DNA of 64,000 nt, taken from assembly GCA_038884755.1 (NCBI GenBank), contig JAWABJ010000001.1:512001-576000 (forward strand). The letters run 5' to 3'. The number at the start of each line of letters is the position of its first letter. Position 1 is the stretch's first letter. This document shows positions 1-9,488 of this stretch, one piece after another. The position numbers were made by a program, and so were the translations under genes. A model generated the notes under the pieces. It saw only the letters and a program-made list of their open reading frames with translations, made no database searches and was not told the DNA's origin. The DNA is from Candidatus Norongarragalinales archaeon. Its GTDB lineage: Archaea; Micrarchaeota; Micrarchaeia; Norongarragalinales; Norongarragalinaceae.

Positions 1-342
1 GTAAAAAAGTATTATCCACGAGATTATGCCGTCGCCGCTCAAGAGCGTTAGGGAAAGCAAGCCAAGCCAGGCCAAGACTTGCAGGGAAACCAGCTTGAGC
101 ACCAGTTCTTTCCTGCTTTTCACTATGCGCGAGGTGCGCGAGTAGAACAATTGCGCCAGGCTACCCAACAGTTGGGGGAAAGTCTGGAGAAACCCTATGT
201 CGGCGACAGTAGCGCCCGCGCGCAGGGCGAAAGGCGTCAGGTAGTTCACGCCGAAGCCCACCATGAGCGAGTAGAAAGACCCGTCCTTGACGGAATACTC
301 TTTCGATTTTTCAAGTTTTTCCTCGAGTTCCTTTTCGTCCAT
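1..342 (-). CDS. MFS transporter, N-terminal part (runs off left edge)
   Basis: Not in ORF track. My translation from ATG 342: MDEKELEEKLEKSKEYSVKDGSFYSLMVGFGVNYLTPFALRAGATVADIGFLQTFPQLLGSLAQL..., hydrophobic helices typical of MFS N-termini. Confidence 0.75.
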   Translation of the reverse strand, partial: MDEKELEEKLEKSKEYSVKDGSFYSLMVGFGVNYLTPFALRAGATVADIGFLQTFPQLLGSLAQLFYSRTSRIVKSRKELVLKLVSLQVLAWLGLLSLTLLSGDGIISWIILFY

Positions 343-370
343 GGGTGCAAAACCTTTTTTCAAACGAGAA

Positions 371-1027
371 TCAGGCGTCTATCAGTATTGTGACCAAAAA
401 AACCTTTTTGCCGTTGCGCACGCCAGTAAGCTTGTGCGACAGCGAAAAGGGTTTTTTCAACGAACGCACGGCATCCAGCACCGCGTTCTTGCTTCCCGCC
501 ACCAAGTCCGCGCCGCCGGTTTTCTTTAACTCCGTCTTCCAAAACGTTTTTCCTTCGATCGCTTTTTCCAGCTTTTGCAAAACCCGTTCTACCCTTCGTT
601 CATCCCCCCGTATTTGCACTATAGCTTCCTTGTACCCGCCCGCCTGGCGCGAGCAGTCGAGGCAAAGCGTTTTCGAAAAAGGGATTTCGAAATGCTTTTC
701 CTGCTTTACGTCGTGCCCGTCGACTTTCAAATGGAATTTAGCGTGAACGCCAACAAAACGCTTTCCTTGCGTGAAGGACACTTGGGTGGAAAGAGGAAAG
801 CGCGACTTGCTCTTGTGCGCCACCATTTCTTCGACGACTTTCGGGGTGAATTCCACCCACGCGCTTCCGCTTTTCACGCGGAGGCAGCGGGGGCACAGCG
901 TGAGCGAAAGGTTTTTCCCGGCAACTTCGACAAGCTGTTGCTTGGAAAAACAGTCTATGCAGAAAGAGCCTACGAACTGCTTTTCGCTCTTTCCGCACGA
1001 AGGGCATATTTTCAAGTTCAACACCAT
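371..1027 (-). CDS. nmd3: NMD3 family ribosome biogenesis protein
   Basis: Four CxxC pairs (CPSC, CIDC, CPRC, CLDC) and the SRQAGGYKEAIVQIRG signature. Confidence 0.85.
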   Translation of the reverse strand: MVLNLKICPSCGKSEKQFVGSFCIDCFSKQQLVEVAGKNLSLTLCPRCLRVKSGSAWVEFTPKVVEEMVAHKSKSRFPLSTQVSFTQGKRFVGVHAKFHLKVDGHDVKQEKHFEIPFSKTLCLDCSRQAGGYKEAIVQIRGDERRVERVLQKLEKAIEGKTFWKTELKKTGGADLVAGSKNAVLDAVRSLKKPFSLSHKLTGVRNGKKVFLVTILIDA

Positions 1028-1099
1028 TATTGCTCTTGCGGAAACCGCAAAAGTATTATTTTTAACCGCAATCGCGTTTTAAAGTTTGTTTAATTCATT

Positions 1100-2899
1100 T
1101 TGAGAGCGTGGTTTAAAGTGGCTGTCGACCAGAGGGAAAAAGCGCTGAGCGCCAGCAAGCTGTTTTTCCGAGTGCCTCCTTCGAAGAGGACGCTGGTCGC
1201 GCTGCTTTTGGCGACCAGCTTGTTGGGCTTTGCCTTCAGGATTTACGCAGGCAACGGAGTCTCAAACGCGCTAGTGTACGGAGTGGCGGAAGGCGTTTTG
1301 CTGCTGGGCCTGCCGGCTTTGCTCGCCGCAGCCCTTTCCTCGCTTTACTACAAAGAGCCGTTCAAGTACAATATTTTCATAGGAGCGACTGCCGCAGTAA
1401 TCGCAGGCACGGTTTACTTAGTGGGATTCGCAGGGGGACAGCTGGTCAATTCAATAATACTCGCGAACGCATTATGCATCCTCCTGTGGTTCAGCGCGTC
1501 TTTCGTCGGGCTCAACCAGGGCGTGAAATCCATTCCCGCAAGCTTTCTGCAGGCGTTTTTCAACGCGTCTTTCTTGTGGTTCTGGCAGCGCTTCGGGTTC
1601 ATAGAATCCTCGTTCGCAATAGGCTCGCTTCCCTTAGCCGCAATCAAGATACTCGTTTCATCCGGAATCCTTCTCTTGGGATTGTGGGCTGTTTTCTACG
1701 TGGTCAACGCGCCTGCCAAGCGCAATTTCGGCATTTCCACAATCCAGGCAGTCGCGCTGTTCTTCTCGCAGTGGACCACAGGAAAGAAAGAATTCGAGGA
1801 AATACTGGCTGAAATGGGCGAGCCCGTCGAAACCACGGTCGAAGGCGTGGTTTTCAAGAACGTGCGGGGAAAAACCAAAGCGGTGTTCTTTTCCCCGCAA
1901 GTGCACTTCGGGCCGTTCGGAAACGTTGGCGGAAGCGAATTCCCGTTCTTGCTTTCACAAAAAATTTCTTTTGAAACAAAAGCGCCTTGCTTCGTTTTCC
2001 ACTCCACGGTCAACCACGACTTCAACCCAGTCTACTCCTCCACTCACGCGCTTATCTCAAAAAAAGCGTTGCAAGCCATTGCCGCCTCGTCCAAAAACTT
2101 TTCTTCCCAAGCGTGCTTCGTGCACTCGCGCGAAGGTAGTGCGAGCGTGGCGGGCTTCGCCTTCGGCAAAAACGCGTTTCTAACGCTCTCCCGCGCTCCC
2201 GAAAGCACTGAAGACATCGAGCTTTCGCTCGGGCTTGCCTTGAAAAATTCTGCAAGAAGAAAATTCGGCGAAGCTATAATAGTGGACAGGCACAATTCTT
2301 TGACGGACGGCAGCATTTTCCGCGTGGGAAGCAGGGAGTTTCTCGAGTTCGAAAAAGCGGTTTCGGGCGTTGAAAACGGAAAGCAAAACTCGTTCAGGCT
2401 GGGCGTGAGCGAGCGAAGCCTCGATTCGTTCACCCTCGACAACGGAGTCGGAAAAGCGGGGTTGAAAACCGCTGTGTTCGAAATCCGGGGAAAGAAATAC
2501 TGCATCGCGCTTATCGACGGCAACAATATCCTGCCGTCGTTCCGCGCCAACGCGCTGCTGTCGCTGAGAAACTACGGGTTCGAGTGGGCCGACATTTTTT
2601 CCACCGACACGCACTCTGCGAACAAGATTGGCGGGGTGCACAACCCCGTGGGAAGAAACTTGAACCACGAAAAGCTCATTGAGGAAATAAGGAAAGGCGT
2701 TGACGAGGCGCTGGAAAACCGGGAAGAGTGCAAGGCGGCGTTCTTTTCCGACAGCGTGGGGGTCAGCGTCCTGGGAGGGAGGAAGCAAAGCGAACTCACG
2801 TCGACCATCAACTCGGTAGTTGCAATAACTCGCGTGCTTGCGCCAGCGATTTTCGCAGTCTGCGTTTTAGCCGTCCTCTTCCTCCTCTTGGCGTCGTAA
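1100..2899 (+). CDS. DUF2070-like membrane protein
   Basis: N-terminal TM helices; HFGPFGNVGGS, HSTVNHDFNP, DRHNS, DGNN and STDTH motifs; C-terminal TM. Confidence 0.75.
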   Translation: MRAWFKVAVDQREKALSASKLFFRVPPSKRTLVALLLATSLLGFAFRIYAGNGVSNALVYGVAEGVLLLGLPALLAAALSSLYYKEPFKYNIFIGATAAVIAGTVYLVGFAGGQLVNSIILANALCILLWFSASFVGLNQGVKSIPASFLQAFFNASFLWFWQRFGFIESSFAIGSLPLAAIKILVSSGILLLGLWAVFYVVNAPAKRNFGISTIQAVALFFSQWTTGKKEFEEILAEMGEPVETTVEGVVFKNVRGKTKAVFFSPQVHFGPFGNVGGSEFPFLLSQKISFETKAPCFVFHSTVNHDFNPVYSSTHALISKKALQAIAASSKNFSSQACFVHSREGSASVAGFAFGKNAFLTLSRAPESTEDIELSLGLALKNSARRKFGEAIIVDRHNSLTDGSIFRVGSREFLEFEKAVSGVENGKQNSFRLGVSERSLDSFTLDNGVGKAGLKTAVFEIRGKKYCIALIDGNNILPSFRANALLSLRNYGFEWADIFSTDTHSANKIGGVHNPVGRNLNHEKLIEEIRKGVDEALENREECKAAFFSDSVGVSVLGGRKQSELTSTINSVVAITRVLAPAIFAVCVLAVLFLLLAS

Positions 2900-2928
2900 G
2901 CGTATTTGAAGAGTGTGAGCATTCAAAA

Positions 2929-4065
2929 ATGAAAATAGCTTTTTTCACCGACACGTTCTACCCCAACGTCGACGGGGTGGTCACGACGCTAGTCAACTAC
3001 AGGAATGAAATGCAGCGCAAGGGCGAGAAAGTTTTCGTGTTCACTTCGGGAGACAGGAAAACGCGCGAGGAAAACAAGGACAACCGCGTTTTCGTTTTCC
3101 ACTCGGTCCGCTTTCCCCCCTACCCGCAGTACAAAATCGCATTGTACCCTTTCAACTCCAGCGAAATAGCGCGCGAAAAGAAGATAGAAATCGTGCATTG
3201 CCACGCGCTCGCGTCCATGGGACTCGCGGCAATAAAAACCTCGCGCGACTTGCAAGTCCCGCTTTTGGGAACGTTCCACACGATGGTTCCGCTGGCTGCG
3301 AAAAAAATGGTGGGGAAAACTGCCGAGAAAATCTTGTGGAAGGCGGTCAAGGTTTTCTACGACCGCTTCGACCTCGTCACGTGCCCCACTGAAACCATAC
3401 GGGGGATACTGCGGGAAAAAGGCGTCGAGAGCGTCGTAGTCCCCAACGGCGTCGATACCGAAAAGTACAACCCGCGCGTGAAGGCTAACGTTGTCAGGAA
3501 CTTGATTGCAGCAGACAAGATCGTGCTCGTAGCTGGCAGGATAAGCCAGGAAAAAAACGTGGACGTCATCGTGCGCGCGGCTTCGGAAGTCTTGAAGCAA
3601 ACGAACGGGTTGAACGTCAAGTTCGTAATAACCGGAGACGGGCCGGACCGCAAGCGAATCGAAGAAATGGCGAAAAGCGAGGGGCTGTGGAAAAACTTCG
3701 TTTTCACAGGTTTCGTCAAGCAAGAGCACTTGCCTTCGTACTACGCAGCAAGCGATTGTTTCGCGACGGCGTCGACGTTCGAAACGCAAGGTCTCGCCTT
3801 GCTTGAAGCAATGGCCTGCGGAAAGCCGGTTGTCGGGGCGAAAGCTATGGCAATTCCAGAAGCAGTGCGCAACGGCAAGAACGGGTTTCTCTTTCCACCA
3901 GGCGATGAAGGCGCGTGCGCGGAGAAAATATTGAAAATTTTGGGCATGAACAAGGCAGGCTACGCCCGGATGTCGAAAAACGCCCGTGCGACCGCGGAAA
4001 AGTTTTCCGTGCCGAAAAGCACGTCGAAAATGCTGGACATTTACGCCGAGCTTTTACACCGATGA
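2929..4065 (+). CDS. GT4 glycosyltransferase
   Basis: MKIAFFTDTFYPNVDGV start; GRISQEKN; ETQGLALLEAMACG. Start moved to ATG 2929. Confidence 0.92.
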   Translation: MKIAFFTDTFYPNVDGVVTTLVNYRNEMQRKGEKVFVFTSGDRKTREENKDNRVFVFHSVRFPPYPQYKIALYPFNSSEIAREKKIEIVHCHALASMGLAAIKTSRDLQVPLLGTFHTMVPLAAKKMVGKTAEKILWKAVKVFYDRFDLVTCPTETIRGILREKGVESVVVPNGVDTEKYNPRVKANVVRNLIAADKIVLVAGRISQEKNVDVIVRAASEVLKQTNGLNVKFVITGDGPDRKRIEEMAKSEGLWKNFVFTGFVKQEHLPSYYAASDCFATASTFETQGLALLEAMACGKPVVGAKAMAIPEAVRNGKNGFLFPPGDEGACAEKILKILGMNKAGYARMSKNARATAEKFSVPKSTSKMLDIYAELLHR

Positions 4066-4123
4066 TTTAAATAGGGAAAAAACGGTAGTAAAAAGAAAAG
4101 CAAAAAAAAACGAGGGGTTTCGA

Positions 4124-4549
4124 ATGGCTGTGCCTTTGGTAAGCGTTGATTTCGTCGCAGTCGTCCTGGCGGCGATAGCGAGTTTCGTAATCGGGATGGT
4201 TTGGTATTCGCCTATGCTATTCGGTAAAATGTGGATGAAGGAAATGAAAACGAGCGAAAAGGAAATGAAGAAGGGCAAGAAGAACATGACTCAAAGCTTC
4301 GCCTTCGCTTTCGTAGGTGCGCTGGTGATGGCTTACGTTCTCGCCCACTTTATCGCTTACGCAACTGGCGGCTATCCGACGCTCATGGACGGAATTACTA
4401 CCGCATTCTGGGCGTGGCTCGGGTTCGTAGCGACTGTAAGCGCGGGAATGGTTTTGTGGGGCGGAAAATCCTGGAACCTGTACGCCTTGACTGCTGGCAA
4501 CGATTTGGTGTCCATGCTCGCCATGGGCGCGATTATAGCGCTTTGGTAA
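4124..4549 (+). CDS. DUF1761-like membrane protein
   Basis: IGMVWYSPMLFGKMWM motif, 4 TM; start at ATG 4124. Confidence 0.8.
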   Translation: MAVPLVSVDFVAVVLAAIASFVIGMVWYSPMLFGKMWMKEMKTSEKEMKKGKKNMTQSFAFAFVGALVMAYVLAHFIAYATGGYPTLMDGITTAFWAWLGFVATVSAGMVLWGGKSWNLYALTAGNDLVSMLAMGAIIALW

Positions 4550-4553
4550 TCCG

Positions 4554-5198
4554 CTAGGCAGAGCATTCCACTTGCGCCAGAATCGATTCCTTTGGAATTA
4601 TCCCGGCGTAAGCCTTTTCTTTAATCACTATCGAAGGCGTTTGCGTTATAGCGTAACGGCTTTTTATCGCGTTCACAACGCCTATGTCCAAGTCAGTGGG
4701 AAAAGCAAAAACGCGCACGTTCTTGCACTCGTCCCTCACGCTGTTGAGAATCTGCGCTTGAGCGCGGCATTCCACGCAATCCTGCGTGTCCGGATAGAAA
4801 TACATTATAGGAATCGTGCCGGAAGAGCCGCACACGTTTTGCAGCTGTTGCAGGTAAAGCCACAATTCTGAATTCGCCAGGATAAACCTCCGCTTGGTGC
4901 GCGAAGTGTCCGCGAGGACGGCCGAAGACTCCGTCGCCTGCAATTGGTTGAACAAATCGTAAAGTTTGTTTATTTGCGAGCGGGCGGTTTCCTCGAGCGC
5001 GGGACACGCTTCGAGCGAGTTGTTGTAAGTTTGGGTGTAAAGCAAGAGCGTGCGCGCGGACTGCATTTCCTCCTCCAAGTCGGCGACACGCGCTTGCAAG
5101 TCTTGCGCCCGCGAGTCGTCCAAATACTTCACGAAAAAGTAGTTGCCCGTGAACAGCACGAGCGTGATCACCAAAGCCTTCACGTAAACGCTTACCAT
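4554..5198 (-). CDS. Membrane-anchored protein with C-terminal thioredoxin-like domain
   Basis: N-terminal TM, coiled coil, MYFY...CVEC and TPSIVI. Confidence 0.65.
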   Translation of the reverse strand: MVSVYVKALVITLVLFTGNYFFVKYLDDSRAQDLQARVADLEEEMQSARTLLLYTQTYNNSLEACPALEETARSQINKLYDLFNQLQATESSAVLADTSRTKRRFILANSELWLYLQQLQNVCGSSGTIPIMYFYPDTQDCVECRAQAQILNSVRDECKNVRVFAFPTDLDIGVVNAIKSRYAITQTPSIVIKEKAYAGIIPKESILAQVECSA

Positions 5199-5199
5199 G

Positions 5200-6540
5200 C
5201 TAAGCTTTCACCTGCAATTTATTCTCCCATCTTCTTTCCGTGCCGACTATCTCGTGCACCATTCCAGAGAAATACACGAAGGAAATGAACATCGAGTACA
5301 AAGTCATGAAAACCACCATCGGCGGGATATGCAAAAGCTTGATTTTTTGCTTCGCAATTCCGAAGCTTATCCACACTATGTAAAGCCACACCATTATCGT
5401 AAAGAGGAAGAAGAACACGGAGGAGTTGATTATGGCGCCGGAGTATATGCCGAGGTTGGTGACGAGCGAAGCATCAACGCGCGCTACGCCTATTGCCCCC
5501 AAAAAGTCGTTGACGAAATTCCCGCCGTGAAGGAAAAGAATGCGCGATACCACTATCACGCCCAAAAGCTCGACTGCAAACGAAATCGGGTATACAAACC
5601 TCCCGAAATCGCCGTACTTCGAGTTGAAGAGCATATGGCGGTATTTCCGTCCGTTGAATATCTTTCCCCTCAACCAACGCAATCTTTGTTTGAAAAGCTT
5701 CCCCCAAGAATCTGGAACGTCCGTATGAACGACTGCGTCGGTGGTCAAGCGGATTTTGTAGCCTGCGGACTGCAAGTGCAAAGCTACCTCCATGTCTTCC
5801 GTGATGTTGCCCTCGTCGAAACCCCCTATTTTCTTTAGCGCATTAACGGAGTATACCGACATCGGGCCGGGGGTTACGATGAGCCCGTCGAGTTCTGCGA
5901 GGGCGGTGTGCCAAAAGCCGAAAGCAACGTAATATTCGATTTCCTGAATTTTCTGCACGAAATTCTTGGGTTTTTCGACGCACACCAACGCGGTTACGGC
6001 GCCAACGCCCTTGCCGTCGAACAAACGCACCATTTTCTTCAACGCATCGCGCGCGGGGTAAGTGTCTGAATCGATGCACGCGACTATTTCGCCCTTCGCC
6101 TTTCCTAACGCGAGGTTGAGCGAACGCGCTTTTCCCTGGTTGCTCGCGTGACGTATTATTTCGAGCGAAGGAAAGCGTTTTTTGAGGTCGTAAAGGATTT
6201 TCGCAGTCCCGTCCGTACTGGCGTCGTCCACTACCACGACCTGCAGTTTTTTCGGGTATTCCAGCGAGAACACGCTTTCAACGCAGCGCTCTATTGTTTT
6301 CGCGCTGTTGTAGCACGGGATTATCACGCTCGCCGCGGGGAATTTGTTCGAAAGCTTTTGCTCGCTTTTCTCCCAGAATTTTAATAGGTATACTACGGCA
6401 ACGTATACGAAGAGGAAGTTGGCAGTAAGGAAAATCACAAGGTACGGCACTACGGCGAAGAGCGCGTAGAAAAACGCGGCGAACAAGCTTACGACTAGCA
6501 GCGCGGAAAACCAAAAGCTGTTGCGCAACCCTTCGAGCAT
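5200..6540 (-). CDS. Processive membrane GT2 glycosyltransferase (cellulose/hyaluronan synthase-like)
   Basis: DDAS, DSD, TED and QRLRW motifs with flanking TM helices; start ATG 6540. Confidence 0.9.
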   Translation of the reverse strand: MLEGLRNSFWFSALLVVSLFAAFFYALFAVVPYLVIFLTANFLFVYVAVVYLLKFWEKSEQKLSNKFPAASVIIPCYNSAKTIERCVESVFSLEYPKKLQVVVVDDASTDGTAKILYDLKKRFPSLEIIRHASNQGKARSLNLALGKAKGEIVACIDSDTYPARDALKKMVRLFDGKGVGAVTALVCVEKPKNFVQKIQEIEYYVAFGFWHTALAELDGLIVTPGPMSVYSVNALKKIGGFDEGNITEDMEVALHLQSAGYKIRLTTDAVVHTDVPDSWGKLFKQRLRWLRGKIFNGRKYRHMLFNSKYGDFGRFVYPISFAVELLGVIVVSRILFLHGGNFVNDFLGAIGVARVDASLVTNLGIYSGAIINSSVFFFLFTIMVWLYIVWISFGIAKQKIKLLHIPPMVVFMTLYSMFISFVYFSGMVHEIVGTERRWENKLQVKA

Positions 6541-6602
6541 TTCACACCACACAAGCTGAAAACTAAGGCTTTGATTAAAACATATTATGGAAAAGCGGGG
6601 TT

Positions 6603-7331
6603 TTAAATTTCCCTTATTATCGCGTAGCGCTTGGTTTTGATGCCCAAAAGAAAGTTGAGAGTAGTTTTCCCCCAGTCCCACAACAAACCCGCCAGCCCGA
6701 ATTTCTTGAGACGGCGGTTGGAAGTATACGTGACGACGTTCTTGTCGTAAACCACTTTTCCCCTCTTAGCTATGCGCATGCACAAGTCTTGGTCTTCGCT
6801 CGCTTCCATTTCCTCGTCGAAACCGCCGACCGCGTCGAAGTCTTTCTTCTTGTAGGCGGCGGCGTTGCCTGCAATCACGGGCCGCCCTAAAAGCGTCGCT
6901 ACTTCCACAATCAAATTGAATATTTCGAAAACCCAGTTTTGCAGGAAAGTAGCGTCTTTCGGCATTACTTTCCCGCCGAACCCGACTACTGAGGGTTTGG
7001 AAAACTCCTGCTTCATGCGGTCGAAAAACGCCTTTGGTGGGATGTTGTCGGCGTCGCAAAATACAATCCACGGGTGTTTAGCGTGGCGCGCGCCGGCGTT
7101 GCGCCCGGCGCCTATCGAAGGACGGATTTTCTTGCGCCCGTTCTCGAGGCAAACCTTGTCCGCGAGTTTTTTCGCTATCGCGACGGTCTTGTCCGAACTC
7201 CCTCCATCCGCGACTATCACTTGAGAGTAAGGAAGGGTTTTGCGCAACGCGCGAAGGGTGTTCCCGATGTTTTTTTCTTCATTCAGGGTGGGAATCACTA
7301 CGGAAATTCCAGCGGGACGGTGGTTTTTCAT
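6603..7331 (-). CDS. GT2 glycosyltransferase
   Basis: SVVIPTLNEE, DGGSSD, DAD, GGFDE...ED. Confidence 0.9.
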   Translation of the reverse strand: MKNHRPAGISVVIPTLNEEKNIGNTLRALRKTLPYSQVIVADGGSSDKTVAIAKKLADKVCLENGRKKIRPSIGAGRNAGARHAKHPWIVFCDADNIPPKAFFDRMKQEFSKPSVVGFGGKVMPKDATFLQNWVFEIFNLIVEVATLLGRPVIAGNAAAYKKKDFDAVGGFDEEMEASEDQDLCMRIAKRGKVVYDKNVVTYTSNRRLKKFGLAGLLWDWGKTTLNFLLGIKTKRYAIIREI

Positions 7332-7446
7332 TGGAAATGCAAAGTTTAGAAAGCGGAGCGGAAAGAAAAGCTTTTTGCATCGGAAAAAGGTCGTTCAAAG
7401 GAAAAAAATAAATTCCCCTTTTCTCTGCGTTATTCGCGGGATTGGC

Positions 7447-7644
7447 ATGCTTGATTGGCGGGTGGTACTGGTTTTCGGGGCCGTGATAATAATGTGCGGA
7501 GCCATTTCCATGGCGTATTACTTTGTGATGACGAGCACCACGCCTTTCTCCGCGACCCCGCTTTCGGGTTCACTCGCGCCCCAGCCGCAGGCCGAACGCG
7601 GACCTTCAAAGGCGATAGGCTACGTTACCCTGACGGTCACCTGA
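7447..7644 (+). CDS. Small membrane-anchored hypothetical protein
   Basis: ATG 7447; TM segment, Pro/Ser linker, terminal beta-strand GYVTLTVT. Confidence 0.55.
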   Translation: MLDWRVVLVFGAVIIMCGAISMAYYFVMTSTTPFSATPLSGSLAPQPQAERGPSKAIGYVTLTVT

Positions 7645-7724
7645 GTTTCCACCGCTTTCTTTTCAACAGCTTTTTAAAAGCAGAGTGAGTTGTCTTACTA
7701 TCAAGAGTGAGAGGCTAGAGTAAA

Positions 7725-8993
7725 GTGGAAACCGCCAGAAAGGCACTGCTTTTACTGTTATTGCTGGTCGTGCTTTCAAACAGTGTTTTTTCAGTGGGCA
7801 TAAGGCCCGCGCGCCTCGTTTACCCCTTCCAGGAAGGAAGAGAATTGGGCATGGACTATACGATAATAAACCGCGGTCCCGTCGGCGCGCGTTTTGCGGT
7901 TTACACTTGCGGCACGTTTTTCGACAAAATCGAAATTTCAAGCGTTTCTTCAACGGTTTTTTCCGACAGGGATTGCACTGCAGCGCAGAGGAAGGTCATA
8001 GCCCAGCTTGAGAACGGCGACATTACGCTGGACGAGGCGGGCGTGTTCTTGAATCCGCGCGAGGAGAAAATGATCCAGGCGAAAATAAAACTTCCTTCGG
8101 TCGGGGGCTTCGAGCCGGGAATAGTCGAAACGAGGATAGGCGCGGTTGACTTGCCGTTGACGTTCAAGCCGGGCGAAACGGTCGTGGGCGGCATCGCAGC
8201 CGTTGAAGCGCAGTTGTGGCTGAAAGTGCCTTATCCCGGAAAGCGTTTCGTGATTTCGCCCGCCACTGAAGACGTGGAGTGGGGCAAGAAAGCGAAAGTG
8301 AGGGTTTCCGTTACGAGCGAAGGAAGCGAAGATGTGAAAAACGCTGTTTTAACCGTGGACATTCTCGACTCGCAGGGAGTGCGCAAGGACAGGATTGTTT
8401 TCGACGCCAAGGACATCGCTTCCGGAGAAAGCGTGGAGTACTCCACGTTGTGGGACACCAAGCAAGTGGAGCCGGGCACTTACACGCTGTTGTTCAGGCT
8501 TTCTTTCGAGGGGCAGGCGGTCACCCAGGAAGCCCAGTTCAGGATAGGCGGGCTTGACGTGCGGGTTTCAAGCGTGGAAGCGCAGGCTGTGGCGAAAGGC
8601 GGGATTGCGAAGATAATAGTTTCGGCGGAAAGCAAGTGGGGAGACGCTATTCCCGGCATTTACGCCGACATTCTCGTGAACGACGCGGCCGGGAAAAGCC
8701 TGGTTTCGCTGAAAACCAGGTCGGAGGAAATAGGGCCGTTCGGAAGGTCGGTTTTGGAAGCGTTTTGGGAAACCGGAGACGCGCCTTCGGGAAAATACGA
8801 CTTGCTCGTCACGCTGCATTATTCCAACAAGACTTCGGAAGGCAAGGGCGCGGTTGAAATCATGGAAAGCGTTTCGCAGCAAACGCCGGTAGAATACGTC
8901 GCTCTCGCGGTAGTAGTCATCCTGTTGATTGTAGGCGCGTGGTTTTTGAGGGGCAGGGTAAAAATCGAGCCCGAGCAGAAGAAACAGCGTTAG
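7725..8993 (+). CDS. Secreted, C-terminally anchored multi-Ig-like surface protein
   Basis: Signal peptide, beta-rich domains with WDTxxxxPGxY / WETxxxxSGxY repeats, C-terminal TM and basic tail. Confidence 0.7.
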   Translation: METARKALLLLLLLVVLSNSVFSVGIRPARLVYPFQEGRELGMDYTIINRGPVGARFAVYTCGTFFDKIEISSVSSTVFSDRDCTAAQRKVIAQLENGDITLDEAGVFLNPREEKMIQAKIKLPSVGGFEPGIVETRIGAVDLPLTFKPGETVVGGIAAVEAQLWLKVPYPGKRFVISPATEDVEWGKKAKVRVSVTSEGSEDVKNAVLTVDILDSQGVRKDRIVFDAKDIASGESVEYSTLWDTKQVEPGTYTLLFRLSFEGQAVTQEAQFRIGGLDVRVSSVEAQAVAKGGIAKIIVSAESKWGDAIPGIYADILVNDAAGKSLVSLKTRSEEIGPFGRSVLEAFWETGDAPSGKYDLLVTLHYSNKTSEGKGAVEIMESVSQQTPVEYVALAVVVILLIVGAWFLRGRVKIEPEQKKQR

Positions 8994-9046
8994 GCGAGCT
9001 GGCAAAGCAAAACCGTATTTAAGGCGCGGAAGCTATTTTTCAAATC

Positions 9047-9463
9047 ATGGACAAGGCGCAAACTCAGTTTTACTCCGCGGCGCTGATTGCAATTTCCTTC
9101 GCTATCCTGGCGCTCGGCATGGGCTTGCTGTCGCAAAAAAACTTTTTCAAAACCACGCTGCCCATGCACTTGAGCGTGAGCGAACCGGGAGTGCTGGGCT
9201 TCAACGTTTCCGAATCCCTCGAGTTCGGCGCAATTCCGCCCGGAGCTGGAGGAAGGAAAGTGGTTTTCATCACTAACAACTTTAACTCCGAAAAGACAAT
9301 GTTCCTGCGCGCTTACGGCGGGATTGCAAGTTGGATTTCGGTTTCCCAAAACGGCGTTTCCGTACGCCCAGGCCAGACTTTGAACGTTAGCGTGGTAGCG
9401 CTCGTCCCGCCTTACGCTGCAAAAGGCGATTACTACGGCATTCTGGAAATAACGCTAGGCTGA
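9047..9463 (+). CDS. Small membrane-anchored Ig-like protein
   Basis: N-terminal TM; LEFGAIPPG and VPPYAAKGDYYG motifs. Confidence 0.65.
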   Translation: MDKAQTQFYSAALIAISFAILALGMGLLSQKNFFKTTLPMHLSVSEPGVLGFNVSESLEFGAIPPGAGGRKVVFITNNFNSEKTMFLRAYGGIASWISVSQNGVSVRPGQTLNVSVVALVPPYAAKGDYYGILEITLG

Positions 9464-9488
9464 AAAAAACAAACGAAGCAAAGGGGAT

